Shown here: piece by piece, positions 45,824 to 56,343 of the stretch
Position numbering within the stretch: position 1 is the stretch's first letter
How the letters are laid out: each line of letters begins with the position of its first letter
Assembly (NCBI GenBank): GCA_900314845.1
Contig: OMWV01000054.1
Span: 21,631 to 85,630, forward strand
Reading direction: 5' to 3'
DNA: 64,000 bases
Source of the DNA: an uncultured Eubacteriales bacterium
GTDB taxonomy: Bacteria > Bacillota > Clostridia > Lachnospirales > Lachnospiraceae
Position numbers and translations under genes: made by a program
The notes under the pieces: model-generated
The model's database searches: none
What the model saw: only the letters and a program-made list of their open reading frames with translations
Told to the model about the DNA's origin: nothing

Positions 45824-46852
45824 ATGGAGAAGGTAAAAAGCAGCATACCGGGCATACTGATCTGCCTGGCCATCGCAGTCGCCGGCTGGCTGCTGGGGAA
45901 GACATTTCCCATTGTGGGAGGGCCGGTTTTCGGCATCCTGATCGGAATGCTGCTGGGTGTATTTGTAAAAGATAAGACAATATTCAAAAGCGGGACGGCG
46001 TTCGTGTCAAAGAAGGTGCTCCAGTATGCGGTCATCCTGCTGGGCTTTGGCCTGAACCTGCAGGTCATCTTGCAGACAGGCAGGCAGTCGCTTCCCATCA
46101 TCGTTTCGACCATCTGCACATCACTGATCGTTGCCTTTATCATACACAAGCTGGCAAAAGTTCCGGGCAAGACAGCAACGCTCATCGGAGTAGGTTCTTC
46201 CATCTGCGGAGGGTCAGCGATAGCAGCAACGGCGCCGGTCATTGACGCGGACGATGAAGAGGTGGCCCAGGCTATCTCAGTCATATTCCTCTTCAATGTG
46301 CTGGCAGCCCTCTTTTTCCCTATGCTGGGCGGCGCGCTGGGATTTGATACCACAAGCGGGGACGCCTTTGGCATATTCGCTGGCACGGCAGTCAACGATA
46401 CATCGTCTGTTACGGCAACGGCCTCGACCTGGGATTCGCTCTACGGTCTCGGCTCTCAGACCCTGGACAAGGCAGTCACAGTCAAGCTGACCAGGACTCT
46501 TGCTATTATCCCCATTACGCTGGTCCTGGCCATCGTCAGGGCGAAAAAGGAAAAAGATGGAAAGAATACGTTCAGCTTCAAGAGGGCATTTCCCATGTTC
46601 ATCGCATGGTTCGTATGCGCCAGCATCATAACGACCATATGCGTCAGCCTGGGCATACCGGCTGATGTATTTTCCCCTTTAAAGACCCTGAGCAAGTTCT
46701 TTATCGTACTTGCCATGTCGGCCATCGGCTTTAACACGGATATCGTGAAGCTTGTAAGAAACGGGGCAAAGCCCATATTCCTTGGCGCCTGCTGCTGGGC
46801 TGCCATAACTGTCGTCAGCCTGACCATGCAGCACCTTCTGGGGATCTGGTAA
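45824..46852 (+). CDS. YeiH/UPF0324-family putative sulfate exporter
   Basis: [33 protein letters not shown] and the multi-TM profile fit the family. A GAGGGAGAA RBS precedes the start. Confidence 0.75.
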   Translation: MEKVKSSIPGILICLAIAVAGWLLGKTFPIVGGPVFGILIGMLLGVFVKDKTIFKSGTAFVSKKVLQYAVILLGFGLNLQVILQTGRQSLPIIVSTICTSLIVAFIIHKLAKVPGKTATLIGVGSSICGGSAIAATAPVIDADDEEVAQAISVIFLFNVLAALFFPMLGGALGFDTTSGDAFGIFAGTAVNDTSSVTATASTWDSLYGLGSQTLDKAVTVKLTRTLAIIPITLVLAIVRAKKEKDGKNTFSFKRAFPMFIAWFVCASIITTICVSLGIPADVFSPLKTLSKFFIVLAMSAIGFNTDIVKLVRNGAKPIFLGACCWAAITVVSLTMQHLLGIW

Positions 46853-46858
46853 TCCGAA

Positions 46859-47737
46859 TCATTTTCCGGCAAGGGCCTCAAATATTCTTTTAAAGTCATC
46901 TTCAAATATGGTGCCCTTGCGGTAGATAAAACTGATCGGATGAGAGACATGAAAGTCGGAGAGCTTAAGCGGCAGAAGTCTGCCGCCTGCCATCTCCGGC
47001 TTTATTGCTGCCTTGTAGAGAAATGTTATACCAAGATCGGCAGCGGCAAGCTCTTTTATGGCTCCTATACTGGCTATCTCATGGATCCGGGAAAATGCGC
47101 CCAGGCTTATGCCCCTTTTGGACAGCTGAGTCTGCAGGATCTCCCGGCTGCCGGACCCTTCCTCCCTCAGAAGGAGTGTTTCATTCAGAAGGTCAGAGAC
47201 GCTGGCCCCCTGATACTGCCTGGCTGCCCTGGGCGAGCCGGCGGCGACAAAATCTTCCATGGACAGGAGAAGAGAAGAGTAGAGCTCTTTTGGGAAATCG
47301 CCCTCGACGAGGGCAAAGTCGATCTGTCCGCCGTCCAGCATCTTCAGGAGGGTATCTGTGTTGAAGACAAGCATGTGAAGGCGGATGTCCGGATCAGACT
47401 GACAGAAATCTATCAGCCTGCGCGGGATCATGAATTCCGCCACAGACAGGGTGGCCCCGAAATTTATATTCTTAAGGCCGGCAGTGTAACGGAGCACCTG
47501 GGCCAGATGTTCTTCGTCATTCTGGAGCCGTCTGGCTGAATCCCTCAATAGCCGGCCTGCCCGGGTCAGGGTCAGTTTTTTGCGCTCGTAGATAAAGAGC
47601 GGGACCCCGTATGTTTTCTCCAGGTAGCGGATATGGGCGGAGACAGCGGGCTGGGTGATGCACAGATGCTCTGCCGCCCGCGTGTAGTTCATGTCCTCGC
47701 ACACCTGGAGAAATGTTTTCATCCTGAAATCCTGCAT
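46859..47737 (-). CDS. LysR-family transcriptional regulator
   Basis: The N-terminal HTH is FLQVCEDMNYTRAAEHLCITQPAVSAHIRYLEKTYGVPLF, followed by a LysR substrate-binding domain. Confidence 0.9.
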   Translation of the reverse strand: MQDFRMKTFLQVCEDMNYTRAAEHLCITQPAVSAHIRYLEKTYGVPLFIYERKKLTLTRAGRLLRDSARRLQNDEEHLAQVLRYTAGLKNINFGATLSVAEFMIPRRLIDFCQSDPDIRLHMLVFNTDTLLKMLDGGQIDFALVEGDFPKELYSSLLLSMEDFVAAGSPRAARQYQGASVSDLLNETLLLREEGSGSREILQTQLSKRGISLGAFSRIHEIASIGAIKELAAADLGITFLYKAAIKPEMAGGRLLPLKLSDFHVSHPISFIYRKGTIFEDDFKRIFEALAGK

Positions 47738-47809
47738 AAGAAAAGCCTCCTGTCCTCTATATTATAGACAGGAGGCTTTCCTCAGGCAAGGTTGAATCCT
47801 TATTTCAGT

Positions 47810-48628
47810 TCAATAGGCAGAGTAAGCCGCGTACTTTTCCCGGCTCTTTGCCGTTCTGCTTTTCTGGTTCTTCTGGTAGATATACCAGAGCCCATCCAGA
47901 AGAAGGTTTTCCTCGTAGACAAGCTTGTGGCGGCAGAAGGGTGCGATCACGCAGCCGATGCCGCCTGTCATGATGACAGTGGCCTGCCGTCCCAGATCCT
48001 CCTGGACCCGGTCGATCAGTCCGTCTATCATGGCAGCGTTTCCGTAGATCAGTCCGCTCTGCATGCTCTCGACCGTATTGCGGCCCAAAAGATGCCTGGG
48101 CTTTTTATAGCTGATGTAGGGGAGCTGGGCAGCCTTCTGGGTCAGGGCATCCTGGGCGGTCTTTACACCAGGAATGATGATGGTGCCCAGATAGGTGCGG
48201 TCTTCGTCCACGACAGAGCATGTCGTGGCAGTTCCCAGGTCAAATATGATCAGGGGGCCGTCATATTTCTCGCAGGCGCCCACAGCGTCCACGATCAGAT
48301 CAGAGCCCACAGTAGCCGGCTGATCCATCGCGATGCGGATGCCGGTCTTTATGCCGTGGTCCACGACAAGGGGATCTGTTCCCATCAGGTCGCGGATGCC
48401 GCTTCTGGCAACATCCGTCAGAGCGGGCACGACGGAAGAGATGATGGCTCCCTTTACTCTGTCTGTATTTACCTTATAAAGATCAAAGAGGGTCTTGACC
48501 TCTATGACGAATTCTTCCACGCTCTTGTCCCTGTTGGAGCGGACGCGGCCGGAAAATGTCAGCCTGCCCTCGTCATCCATGAGGCCGATCACTATATTCG
48601 TATTACCTATATCAACTACACAAAGCAT
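47810..48628 (-). CDS. coaX: Type III pantothenate kinase
   Basis: Motifs are MLCVVDIGNTNIV, DLGTATT and GGIG. The start lies 1 nt after the coaBC stop. Confidence 0.9.
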   Translation of the reverse strand: MLCVVDIGNTNIVIGLMDDEGRLTFSGRVRSNRDKSVEEFVIEVKTLFDLYKVNTDRVKGAIISSVVPALTDVARSGIRDLMGTDPLVVDHGIKTGIRIAMDQPATVGSDLIVDAVGACEKYDGPLIIFDLGTATTCSVVDEDRTYLGTIIIPGVKTAQDALTQKAAQLPYISYKKPRHLLGRNTVESMQSGLIYGNAAMIDGLIDRVQEDLGRQATVIMTGGIGCVIAPFCRHKLVYEENLLLDGLWYIYQKNQKSRTAKSREKYAAYSAY

Positions 48629-48629
48629 A

Positions 48630-49868
48630 TCAGTCTTTACCTCCGGCAATCCCGCCATTTTCAGCAGCTGCCTTTGCGTCGTGGATTTTCTTGAGTTCAT
48701 CGAGCAGGGCAGCGGCAGCCTGATCCTTGGACAGCATAGGAAGATCCGCTGTCCCGTCAGCTGTTATAAGGGTAAGATGGTTCGTGTCTGTGCCGAAACC
48801 GGCTCCGCTCTCACGAAGAGAATTGGCGGCGATCAGATCGGCATTCTTGGAAATGAGTTTCTTGCGGGAATTGGCAAGGACATTTTCCGTCTCCATGGAG
48901 AATCCGCACAGGACCTGGCCGGCCTTCCTGTTCTGGCCAAGCCATGCCAGGATATCCTGAGTCCTCTTAAGCTTCAGGCCGGCATCGCCGTCCGATTTTT
49001 TTATCTTCTCCTGAGCTGTGGTCACAGGCGTGTAGTCAGCGACAGCGGCAGCCTTGACGATGATGTCGCTGTCACCGTATTCTGCCCTGACCTTCTCGAA
49101 CATATCAGCTGCGTCTGTGATGTGAAGAACCTTCACAAAAGGCGGCTCCTTTATGGCAACGGGGCCAGTCACAAGCGTGACAGAGGCTCCCCGCAGCATG
49201 GCGCACCTGGCGATGGAAAATCCCATGCGGCCCGTGGAGTGGTTGCTGATAAATCTCACAGGATCTATTGCCTCCTGGGTAGGACCCGCGGTTACGAGGA
49301 CTTTCAGGCCCTTCATGTCCTTGGGGTAAGCTGTCTCGAAGAGGATGTACTGGAGCAGGTCCTCCGGCTCCGGCATCTTGCCCGCACCACTTGTCCCGCA
49401 GGCAAGATGGCCGCTGGCGGGGTCTATGATATGGTATCCGAAAGAAGCAAGCTTTTTCAGATTGTCCTGGACGATGGCATTCTCAAACATGTGAGTGTTC
49501 ATGGCGGGAGAGATGTAGACGGGGCACTCCATAGCCATAACGGTAGTGCTCAGCATATCATCCGCAATCCCGCCTGCTATCTTGCCAATGATGTTGGCCG
49601 AGGCCGGCGCGATCATGCACAGGTCGGCCTTTGAGGCAAGAGACACATGAGCGATATTAAACTGAAAATTCCTGTCAAATGTGTCCACCATGCACTTGTT
49701 GCCGGTGAGAGATTCGAAAACGATAGGATTTATGAAATTGCAGGCATTCCTCGTCATGATAACGTAGACATTCGCGTGCAGTTTCACGAGCATGCTGGCC
49801 AGATTCGCTGTCTTGTAGGCCGCTATGCTTCCCGTGACGCCAAGAACGATATTCTTACCCTTAAGCAT
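48630..49868 (-). CDS. coaBC: Bifunctional phosphopantothenoylcysteine decarboxylase / phosphopantothenate-cysteine ligase
   Basis: The N-terminal flavoprotein domain has GVTGSIAAYK and PAMNTHM. The C-terminal CoaB domain has ITAGPTQEAIDPVRFISNHSTGRMG and AAAVADY. Confidence 0.95.
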   Translation of the reverse strand: MLKGKNIVLGVTGSIAAYKTANLASMLVKLHANVYVIMTRNACNFINPIVFESLTGNKCMVDTFDRNFQFNIAHVSLASKADLCMIAPASANIIGKIAGGIADDMLSTTVMAMECPVYISPAMNTHMFENAIVQDNLKKLASFGYHIIDPASGHLACGTSGAGKMPEPEDLLQYILFETAYPKDMKGLKVLVTAGPTQEAIDPVRFISNHSTGRMGFSIARCAMLRGASVTLVTGPVAIKEPPFVKVLHITDAADMFEKVRAEYGDSDIIVKAAAVADYTPVTTAQEKIKKSDGDAGLKLKRTQDILAWLGQNRKAGQVLCGFSMETENVLANSRKKLISKNADLIAANSLRESGAGFGTDTNHLTLITADGTADLPMLSKDQAAAALLDELKKIHDAKAAAENGGIAGGKD

Positions 49869-49871
49869 ATT

Positions 49872-50276
49872 TTATACCTCGTCAAGATCTATATCGGAAA
49901 GAGCGCCGTGGCGTTCATATTCTGTGACCCTTCTGATGTGATTCTCCTCGTCCACGAATACGACCTTGGGCGGGTTGTCCTTCACTTCGTCAGGATCCAT
50001 AAGAGCGTAGCACATGATGATGACCTTGTCGCCTGTGTTCACCATGCGGGCGGCTGCCCCGTTAAGGCAGATCATGCCGCTGCCCTCTTTGCCTGCTATC
50101 ACATAAGTTACAAAACGCGCGCCGTTGTTTATATCAACGATCTGAACCTGTTCATATTCATTGATGCCGGCGGCCTTCATCAGCTTCTCATCTATGGTGA
50201 TGCTGCCTACATAATTAAGCTCAGCCTGGACAACAGTGGCGCGGTGGATCTTACCCTTGAGCATATTCAGCTGCAT
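49872..50276 (-). CDS. panD: Aspartate 1-decarboxylase (pyruvoyl-dependent)
   Basis: [25 protein letters not shown] contains the G-S self-cleavage site. Confidence 0.95.
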   Translation of the reverse strand: MQLNMLKGKIHRATVVQAELNYVGSITIDEKLMKAAGINEYEQVQIVDINNGARFVTYVIAGKEGSGMICLNGAAARMVNTGDKVIIMCYALMDPDEVKDNPPKVVFVDEENHIRRVTEYERHGALSDIDLDEV

Positions 50277-50283
50277 GACCTTA

Positions 50284-51126
50284 TCACTCCCTGATAAAAT
50301 TGTCTATGAGACGTGTATTTCCGATGAAAACTGCCATGGCGCAGAGGATGGGCCCATCGACCTTGTGGTGGACTTTAATGTCATCCCATGAAACCATTTC
50401 CACATAATCTATCTTAGCCAGAGGCTCTGCTTCTATCAGGGCTTTCATCTGGTCAATGATCTTATCGCCGTCTGTCTCGCCGGCGTCTACAAGTTCCTGG
50501 CCCTTCTTCACGGCGCGGCTGAGTACAAGGGCAGCCTTACGCTCCTCGGGTGACAGGTAAATGTTTCTTGAACTTTTTGCCAGACCGTCAGGCTCGCGGA
50601 CGATCGGGCAGCCCACGATCTTGATATCCATGCTCAGGTCTCTGACCATACGGCGGACGACAGCCAGCTGCTGGGCATCCTTCTGGCCGAAATAGGCGCG
50701 GTCGGGAAGGGCGATGTTAAAGAGCTTGTTTACAACTGTGCAGACGCCGCTGAAATGCACGGGACGGCTCTTGCCGCAGAGCTCTTCGGTAGGACCGCTT
50801 TCCTTGATGTATGTTGAAAAATCATCGGCGTACATGTCAGAGGGCTGAGGGTTGAAGACGAGGGAGACCCCGCTTTCCTCGCAGAGCTTTGAATCCGCGT
50901 TCAGGTCTCTGGGATACTTGTCCAGGTCTTCTGTCGGCCCGAACTGGATGGGATTTACGAAAATGCTGACTACAACCCTGTCATTTTCCTTCACTGCCCG
51001 GTCGATCAGGCTCTTGTGGCCCTCATGCAGATAACCCATGGTGGGCACGAGGCCGACTGTGAGGCCTTCCTTTTTCCAGGCTTTTACCTGTTCCCTTACT
51101 TTATTAGGATCATGTTCTATTATCAT
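50284..51126 (-). CDS. panC: Pantoate-beta-alanine ligase
   Basis: Motifs are [20 protein letters not shown] and YFGQKDAQQ. Confidence 0.95.
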   Translation of the reverse strand: MIIEHDPNKVREQVKAWKKEGLTVGLVPTMGYLHEGHKSLIDRAVKENDRVVVSIFVNPIQFGPTEDLDKYPRDLNADSKLCEESGVSLVFNPQPSDMYADDFSTYIKESGPTEELCGKSRPVHFSGVCTVVNKLFNIALPDRAYFGQKDAQQLAVVRRMVRDLSMDIKIVGCPIVREPDGLAKSSRNIYLSPEERKAALVLSRAVKKGQELVDAGETDGDKIIDQMKALIEAEPLAKIDYVEMVSWDDIKVHHKVDGPILCAMAVFIGNTRLIDNFIRE

Positions 51127-51197
51127 TGGTTTATCCTCTCTTTCCAAAGCAGGCCGGCAGCTGCCCGAAGAGCCGCCGTCAGCCTGCGCAATATTTA

Positions 51198-52025
51198 TCA
51201 GTAAAGTTTTTCTATCAGGCTCTCATCCATGGTGTAAGCCTTATCCGGCGCAGGGAAGCTTCCTTCCTGAACTTCGGAGATATAAGCCTTGAAGGCATCT
51301 GTCATTTCCTTGCCGATCTCAGCGTAGCGCTTTACAAACTTGGGTGTGTAATCGGAAAACATTCCCAGCATATCCTGATAGACAAGGATCTGTCCGTCCG
51401 TGTCCGCGCCTGCTCCGATACCAATCGTAGGGATGTCGAGGATCTGGGTGATCTTAGCGGCAAGAGGAGCGGGAACGCACTCAAGGACAACGGCAAATGC
51501 TCCTGCTTCCTGTATGGCCTTTGCGTCTTCTATGAGATCCTTTGCCGCTTCCTCTGTCTTGCCCTGGACCTTATAGCCGCCGAAAGCATTGATAGACTGG
51601 GGCGTAAGACCAAGGTGAGCCATGACGGGAATGCCTGCCGCGGTTATGGCCTTAATAGCGGGGGCAACAGATCTGCCTCCTTCAAGCTTTACCGCGTTGG
51701 CGCGGCCCTCCTTCATGAGGCGGCCGGCATTTATCAGAGCCTGCTCAGGGGAGACCTGGTAGGACATAAAAGGCATATCGCAGACAACGAGGCAATTCTT
51801 TGCCCCGCGGGCAACACAGGCACTGTGGTGGATCATATCCTCCATGGTAACGGAGATGGTATCCTCATAGCCCAGGATCACATTGCCCAGGGAATCGCCG
51901 ATCAGGATGCCGTCTATCCCGGACTCATCTATGAGCTTGGCCATGGAATAGTCATAAGCCGTGAGCATGGAGAGCTTGCGCCCTTCCTTCTTTGCCTTTG
52001 CGAAACTAGAAACTGTTTTTTTCAT
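51198..52025 (-). CDS. panB: 3-methyl-2-oxobutanoate hydroxymethyltransferase
   Basis: Motifs are [22 protein letters not shown] and GIGAG. Confidence 0.95.
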   Translation of the reverse strand: MKKTVSSFAKAKKEGRKLSMLTAYDYSMAKLIDESGIDGILIGDSLGNVILGYEDTISVTMEDMIHHSACVARGAKNCLVVCDMPFMSYQVSPEQALINAGRLMKEGRANAVKLEGGRSVAPAIKAITAAGIPVMAHLGLTPQSINAFGGYKVQGKTEEAAKDLIEDAKAIQEAGAFAVVLECVPAPLAAKITQILDIPTIGIGAGADTDGQILVYQDMLGMFSDYTPKFVKRYAEIGKEMTDAFKAYISEVQEGSFPAPDKAYTMDESLIEKLY

Positions 52026-52887
52026 TTTTCTTTTCCAAACCTTTCTCGTATTCCAATACGGTGGACAATTCGCTGTAATCTCTGTCAGGGTGCTTTCGCT
52101 TTGCAATCTGGATCAGAGCCTGCGACAGCTGAAGATAGACTTCGCGCTGCGCCCGCGGCAGAATAGACAAATGCTTTTTCACGGTTGTCAGATCATTCCT
52201 CTCAACCGGCCCTGTCAGGGCCATGTCCGTCCCGTTCTCAACTACGGACTGGCAGTTGTTCAGAAACATTGGTGCGAGGGCCTTGCCGGCACTTTCTCGG
52301 TCAAAGCCGCACTCCACCATCAGCTGCATGGCCTGCTCGTAGAGCCCCACGACAAGATTGCTTGCAAATACGGCTGCTGCGTGGTAGAGGGTCTTATGGT
52401 CAGCCGGGATGATCCGGTAGGGGTTCCCCAGCGTCTTCATGATCCCCTCGATAAGAGGCATGTGCTTTTCTGATCCTTCAATTGTAAAATAAGCGTTTGA
52501 GATTTCCCTGTAAGAACTGTTCTTGTCGCTGACAGCGAATAAGGGATGGATAGAATAGCCGGACGCTCCGGTCCGGTCGATCTCAGAAAAAACAGACGAC
52601 GACAGCGCGCCGCTGCAGTGACAGATGACCTTGTCTTTCAGATCAAATTCTGTTAAAGAATGCCATACACCTGCGATTGCCCCGTCAGGGACAGTCAGGA
52701 AGATCACATCACTTGACTTCGTAAGTTCTTCAAGCGCTGCAAAACATTCCGTATGGGTAAATTGGGATGCCTGTAGGGCATGGTCATGGCTGCGGCTGTA
52801 GTACCCGGATACACACAAGCTGCGTTCCTTCATATAGCGGCCCAGCGTAAAGCCAACCTTCCCGGCACCAACAAATCCTATCCTCAT
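52006..52887 (-). CDS. Rossmann plus DUF2520-type oxidoreductase, candidate ketopantoate reductase (PanG-like)
   Basis: It has the Rossmann motif [16 protein letters not shown] and a DUF2520-like C-terminal half. It overlaps panB by 20 nt and is the first gene of the pan-coa operon. Confidence 0.65.
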   Translation of the reverse strand: MRIGFVGAGKVGFTLGRYMKERSLCVSGYYSRSHDHALQASQFTHTECFAALEELTKSSDVIFLTVPDGAIAGVWHSLTEFDLKDKVICHCSGALSSSVFSEIDRTGASGYSIHPLFAVSDKNSSYREISNAYFTIEGSEKHMPLIEGIMKTLGNPYRIIPADHKTLYHAAAVFASNLVVGLYEQAMQLMVECGFDRESAGKALAPMFLNNCQSVVENGTDMALTGPVERNDLTTVKKHLSILPRAQREVYLQLSQALIQIAKRKHPDRDYSELSTVLEYEKGLEKKNEKNSF

Positions 52888-53225
52888 CGGCCCACCATCC
52901 TTTCCTTAAGTACATCAGACAAAAAAGAAAAGGTGATGCGATCTGGAGCCTGCGGTCAAAGTGCACACTCTGTGCATCCTTGCCCGGCCCAAGGCAATCT
53001 GTAATAACAGACCGTCACCGTCTGGCGGATCAGGTATTTGTGAAAGCAGGTCTATTTGATATATCACCGGTATAGTTCCTGAGGATGCTATCCATTGTTA
53101 TCAAACCTAATGTATTCTATCACCGAAAGCAGGTAAAAACAAGGTAAAAATTTTACGAAATGGCTTTCGAAACATTTTTCGATAATTATTTCTATGATAT
53201 AATGCCCGTAAGGAGGAGGAGCAGT

Positions 53226-53660
53226 ATGCTGATAAACAGAGAAATCGATTACGCGATCAGAATACTCAGAGCATTGGCAGACGGTGAGAATCACCCGATA
53301 AAGCCCCTTTGTGAGGAGGAGGATATTCCCTGGTCTTTCGGCTACAAGATCCTGGGCAAGCTGCGCAATGCGGGTTATGTCAAGAGCGTGAGCGGGGTCC
53401 ACGGCGGATGCACTCTCACGGTCGATCTCCACGAGGTCACCGTGCTGGATATCTTCCGGATCCTGGACGACAAACCCTACATCAACAAGTGCCTGGGCGA
53501 GGGCTACATCTGCAAATGGGTCGTGAAGAAAGGCCATCCCTGCATCGTCCACAGGAACCTAACCGTCATGCAGAAGGAGCTCGACCAGATCCTGGGCAGC
53601 TATGACCTCCACAGCCTGATATTTGTGGATCAGACGGCAGGAGAGCAGCAGGAATTGTAA
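53226..53660 (+). CDS. Rrf2-family transcriptional regulator with three clustered Cys
   Basis: Motifs are INREIDYAIRILRAL and GYVKSVSGVHGGCTL. The Cys residues sit at CLGEGYICKWVVKKGHPC. An AGGAGGAGGAG RBS precedes the start. Confidence 0.85.
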   Translation: MLINREIDYAIRILRALADGENHPIKPLCEEEDIPWSFGYKILGKLRNAGYVKSVSGVHGGCTLTVDLHEVTVLDIFRILDDKPYINKCLGEGYICKWVVKKGHPCIVHRNLTVMQKELDQILGSYDLHSLIFVDQTAGEQQEL

Positions 53661-53678
53661 CATTTTCGTTACATTTTG

Positions 53679-53707
53679 TTGACAGTTTTTGTTAAAAGCT
53701 ATAGAAT
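53679..53707 (+). promoter_or_regulatory. Near-consensus sigma-A promoter upstream of the polysaccharide locus
   Basis: TTGACA (53679-84) is followed by a 17-nt spacer and TAGAAT (53702-07). Confidence 0.5.
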
Positions 53708-53723
53708 TATTACTATATGCGAT

Positions 53724-53791
53724 GCGGCCTCAGACCATGACAGCGAAGAAGAACTGCGGGCCTGGAGGCCGCCTTTTATTTTGTTTATTTT
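53724..53791 (+). terminator. Terminator-like element: 8-bp GC stem enclosing a 33-nt insert, followed by a long U-rich tract
   Basis: gcggcctc (53724-31) pairs with gaggccgc (53765-72), then cttttattttgtttatttt follows. It sits between the promoter above and the ugd start. Confidence 0.45.
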
Positions 53792-53815
53792 CTTAGTGAA
53801 ACAGGGAAGATAATT

Positions 53816-55039
53816 TTGAGAGATATAAAGATTGCTGTGGCCGGAACCGGATATGTCGGTCTCTCTATCGCCACATTATTGTCCCAGCACCACAAGGTTG
53901 TCGCAGTAGATATCGTCAAAGAAAAAGTTGACCTGATCAATGAGGGCAGGTCTCCGATCCAGGACGATTACATAGAGGATTTTCTCGCTCACAGGAATCT
54001 GAATCTCACTGCCACGGTCGATGCCCGGGAAGCATACAGCGGGGCTGATTTTGTCGTCATCGCAGCGCCTACCAATTATGATTCCGCCACCCAGCATTTT
54101 GACACATCCGCTGTGGAGGCAGTCATAGAGCTTGTCATGAAGTATGCGCCGGAGGCTGTGATGGTCATAAAGTCTACGATCCCGGTTGGCTATACAAGAT
54201 CTGTCAGAGAAAGATATCAGAGCAAGAATATCATATTCAGCCCTGAATTCCTGCGGGAATCCAAAGCTCTCTATGACAATCTTTATCCCAGCCGCATCAT
54301 CGTGGGAACGGATCCGGAAGATCCGGATCTTGTCCAGACGGCCCATACATTTGCCTCACTCCTGCAGGAGGGGGCAGAAAAAGAGAATATTCCCACCTTA
54401 TTCATGGGATTTACAGAGGCTGAGGCGGTCAAGCTCTTTGCCAATACCTATCTGGCTCTCAGGGTTTCCTACTTTAACGAGCTGGATACCTACGCCGAGA
54501 GCAAGGGCCTGTCTACAAAAGATATCATAGACGGGGTATGTTTAGATCCCCGGATCGGAACACATTATAACAACCCCTCCTTTGGCTACGGCGGCTACTG
54601 CCTTCCCAAGGACACAAAGCAGCTCCTGGCCAACTATCAGGACGTGCCGGAGAACATGATCCAGGCCATCGTCGAATCAAACAGGACCCGCAAGGACTTT
54701 ATCGCCGAGCGCGTCCTGAAAAAAGCCGGTTTCTGCCAGCCTGCCGGGAAGCCTTCTGTCATCATCGGTGTCTTCCGGCTGACGATGAAGAGCAACTCTG
54801 ACAATTTCCGCCAGTCAGCCATCCAGGGCGTCATGAAACGGATAAAGGCCGAGGGTGTCCCTGTCATCATCTATGAACCGACCCTGGAGGATGGGAGCAG
54901 CTTTTACGGCAGCAAGGTGGTAAATGATCTGGACACATTTAAAAAGTTCTCTGACACGATCATAGCCAATCGGTACGATAAGTGCCTGGAGGATGTGAAG
55001 GAGAAGGTTTATACGAGGGATATCTTTTATAGGGATTAA
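53816..55039 (+). CDS. ugd: UDP-glucose 6-dehydrogenase
   Basis: Motifs are [19 protein letters not shown]-like SPEFLRES and [10 protein letters not shown] (catalytic Cys). The apparent start is TTG. Confidence 0.9.
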   Translation: MRDIKIAVAGTGYVGLSIATLLSQHHKVVAVDIVKEKVDLINEGRSPIQDDYIEDFLAHRNLNLTATVDAREAYSGADFVVIAAPTNYDSATQHFDTSAVEAVIELVMKYAPEAVMVIKSTIPVGYTRSVRERYQSKNIIFSPEFLRESKALYDNLYPSRIIVGTDPEDPDLVQTAHTFASLLQEGAEKENIPTLFMGFTEAEAVKLFANTYLALRVSYFNELDTYAESKGLSTKDIIDGVCLDPRIGTHYNNPSFGYGGYCLPKDTKQLLANYQDVPENMIQAIVESNRTRKDFIAERVLKKAGFCQPAGKPSVIIGVFRLTMKSNSDNFRQSAIQGVMKRIKAEGVPVIIYEPTLEDGSSFYGSKVVNDLDTFKKFSDTIIANRYDKCLEDVKEKVYTRDIFYRD

Positions 55040-55131
55040 TGATGGTTAATGGATATTAAAGAAGAAACATATCAAATGCAGGGACTATAGGTGAAAGCGA
55101 TATAAGAATTCAAGAGCGGAGGGAGTTTCAC

Positions 55132-56325
55132 ATGGAAAGTATAGCTGACAGAAATCATCATACAATGTCAGATACTCTGTTTTTTATATCATATGGAATC
55201 TACCTGGCAGCTGGCATATTGTCTTCTACATTTTATTTTCAGTATTATAAAGGCTGGTTATATAATCTGATTTTGGTGGGTTGTTTATTGCTCCTCCTGA
55301 TCAGAGAGATAGAAAAGGATAAGATAAAATTCAGTTTGATACCCTTACTTCTGCTCACCTGCTTTCTGAGTTTGATAATGCTTAAGAACGGCCCCAACAA
55401 ATATACATTCTGGCTGTTGATATATATTTTCTGTGCCAGAGATATTAATTTCAGAAAAATAGCCAGATTTACGTGGATATTATCCAGTATAGTATTCTTG
55501 CTTATTATTGTCAGCAGTCAGCTTGGAATCATCCGTGATTATTATGATTACTGGTCTGGCAGGACAAGACATTATCTGGGTTTTCTTTATCCGCTTTATC
55601 CTTCAACGGTAATGTTCAATATTACTGCCCTGTATATATGTGATAAACATAAGAATATTAGATGGTTTGCATTGATGATATTGGCAGGTATAAATTATTT
55701 TCTGTATTCTCTGACTGATTCCAGACTTTGCTTTATTACTGCTTGTATCATTATATTGATAGCTGTAGTGATGAAATTATGCCCGACGATTCTAAATCAT
55801 ATGAAGATTATCTCGTTCCTTATGATTGCTTCATTCCCGCTGGGCTTCATGATTTCCTATTTTGGAACTGTTCTTTACAGACCTTACGGTTTGATGAATC
55901 GTCTGAATAATATCTTAGGCGGCCGTCTGGAACTTGGTCAGAGGTCAATAAAGGAATATGGAAGTAGTCTTTTTGGTCAGAGGATCGAGTGGATAGGTAA
56001 TGGACTTTCCGCTGAGGGAACAAAATCAACGGCAGAATATAATTTTGTTGACAGTCTTTATCTTCAAGTGTTTCTCAGATATGGATTGATATTTTCCATT
56101 ATTGCTATCGTTATTCTCACGATGGTTCTTGTGTATTTTTATCAGAATAAGGAATTTTTACTGCTTGCTCTTTTCTCTGTGCTGGCAGTTCATGCTATTA
56201 TTGATAATCTCATTTTTTATCTTCACTATAATACGTTCTGGCTTGCAATTGGTTCTGCTCTTTGCTGCATTGCAGAAAAAAGAAGAGGAGAATCGACTGC
56301 CTTCATTTGTCACAGGAATCTTTAA
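55132..56325 (+). CDS. O-antigen polymerase/ligase-like (Wzy-type) polytopic membrane protein
   Basis: The protein has about 10 TM segments, is very AT-rich and sits between ugd and wzz/wzx. Sequence motifs are weak, as is usual for Wzy. Confidence 0.55.
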   Translation: MESIADRNHHTMSDTLFFISYGIYLAAGILSSTFYFQYYKGWLYNLILVGCLLLLLIREIEKDKIKFSLIPLLLLTCFLSLIMLKNGPNKYTFWLLIYIFCARDINFRKIARFTWILSSIVFLLIIVSSQLGIIRDYYDYWSGRTRHYLGFLYPLYPSTVMFNITALYICDKHKNIRWFALMILAGINYFLYSLTDSRLCFITACIIILIAVVMKLCPTILNHMKIISFLMIASFPLGFMISYFGTVLYRPYGLMNRLNNILGGRLELGQRSIKEYGSSLFGQRIEWIGNGLSAEGTKSTAEYNFVDSLYLQVFLRYGLIFSIIAIVILTMVLVYFYQNKEFLLLALFSVLAVHAIIDNLIFYLHYNTFWLAIGSALCCIAEKRRGESTAFICHRNL

Positions 56326-56343
56326 AAGAAAATATAGGAGTAA

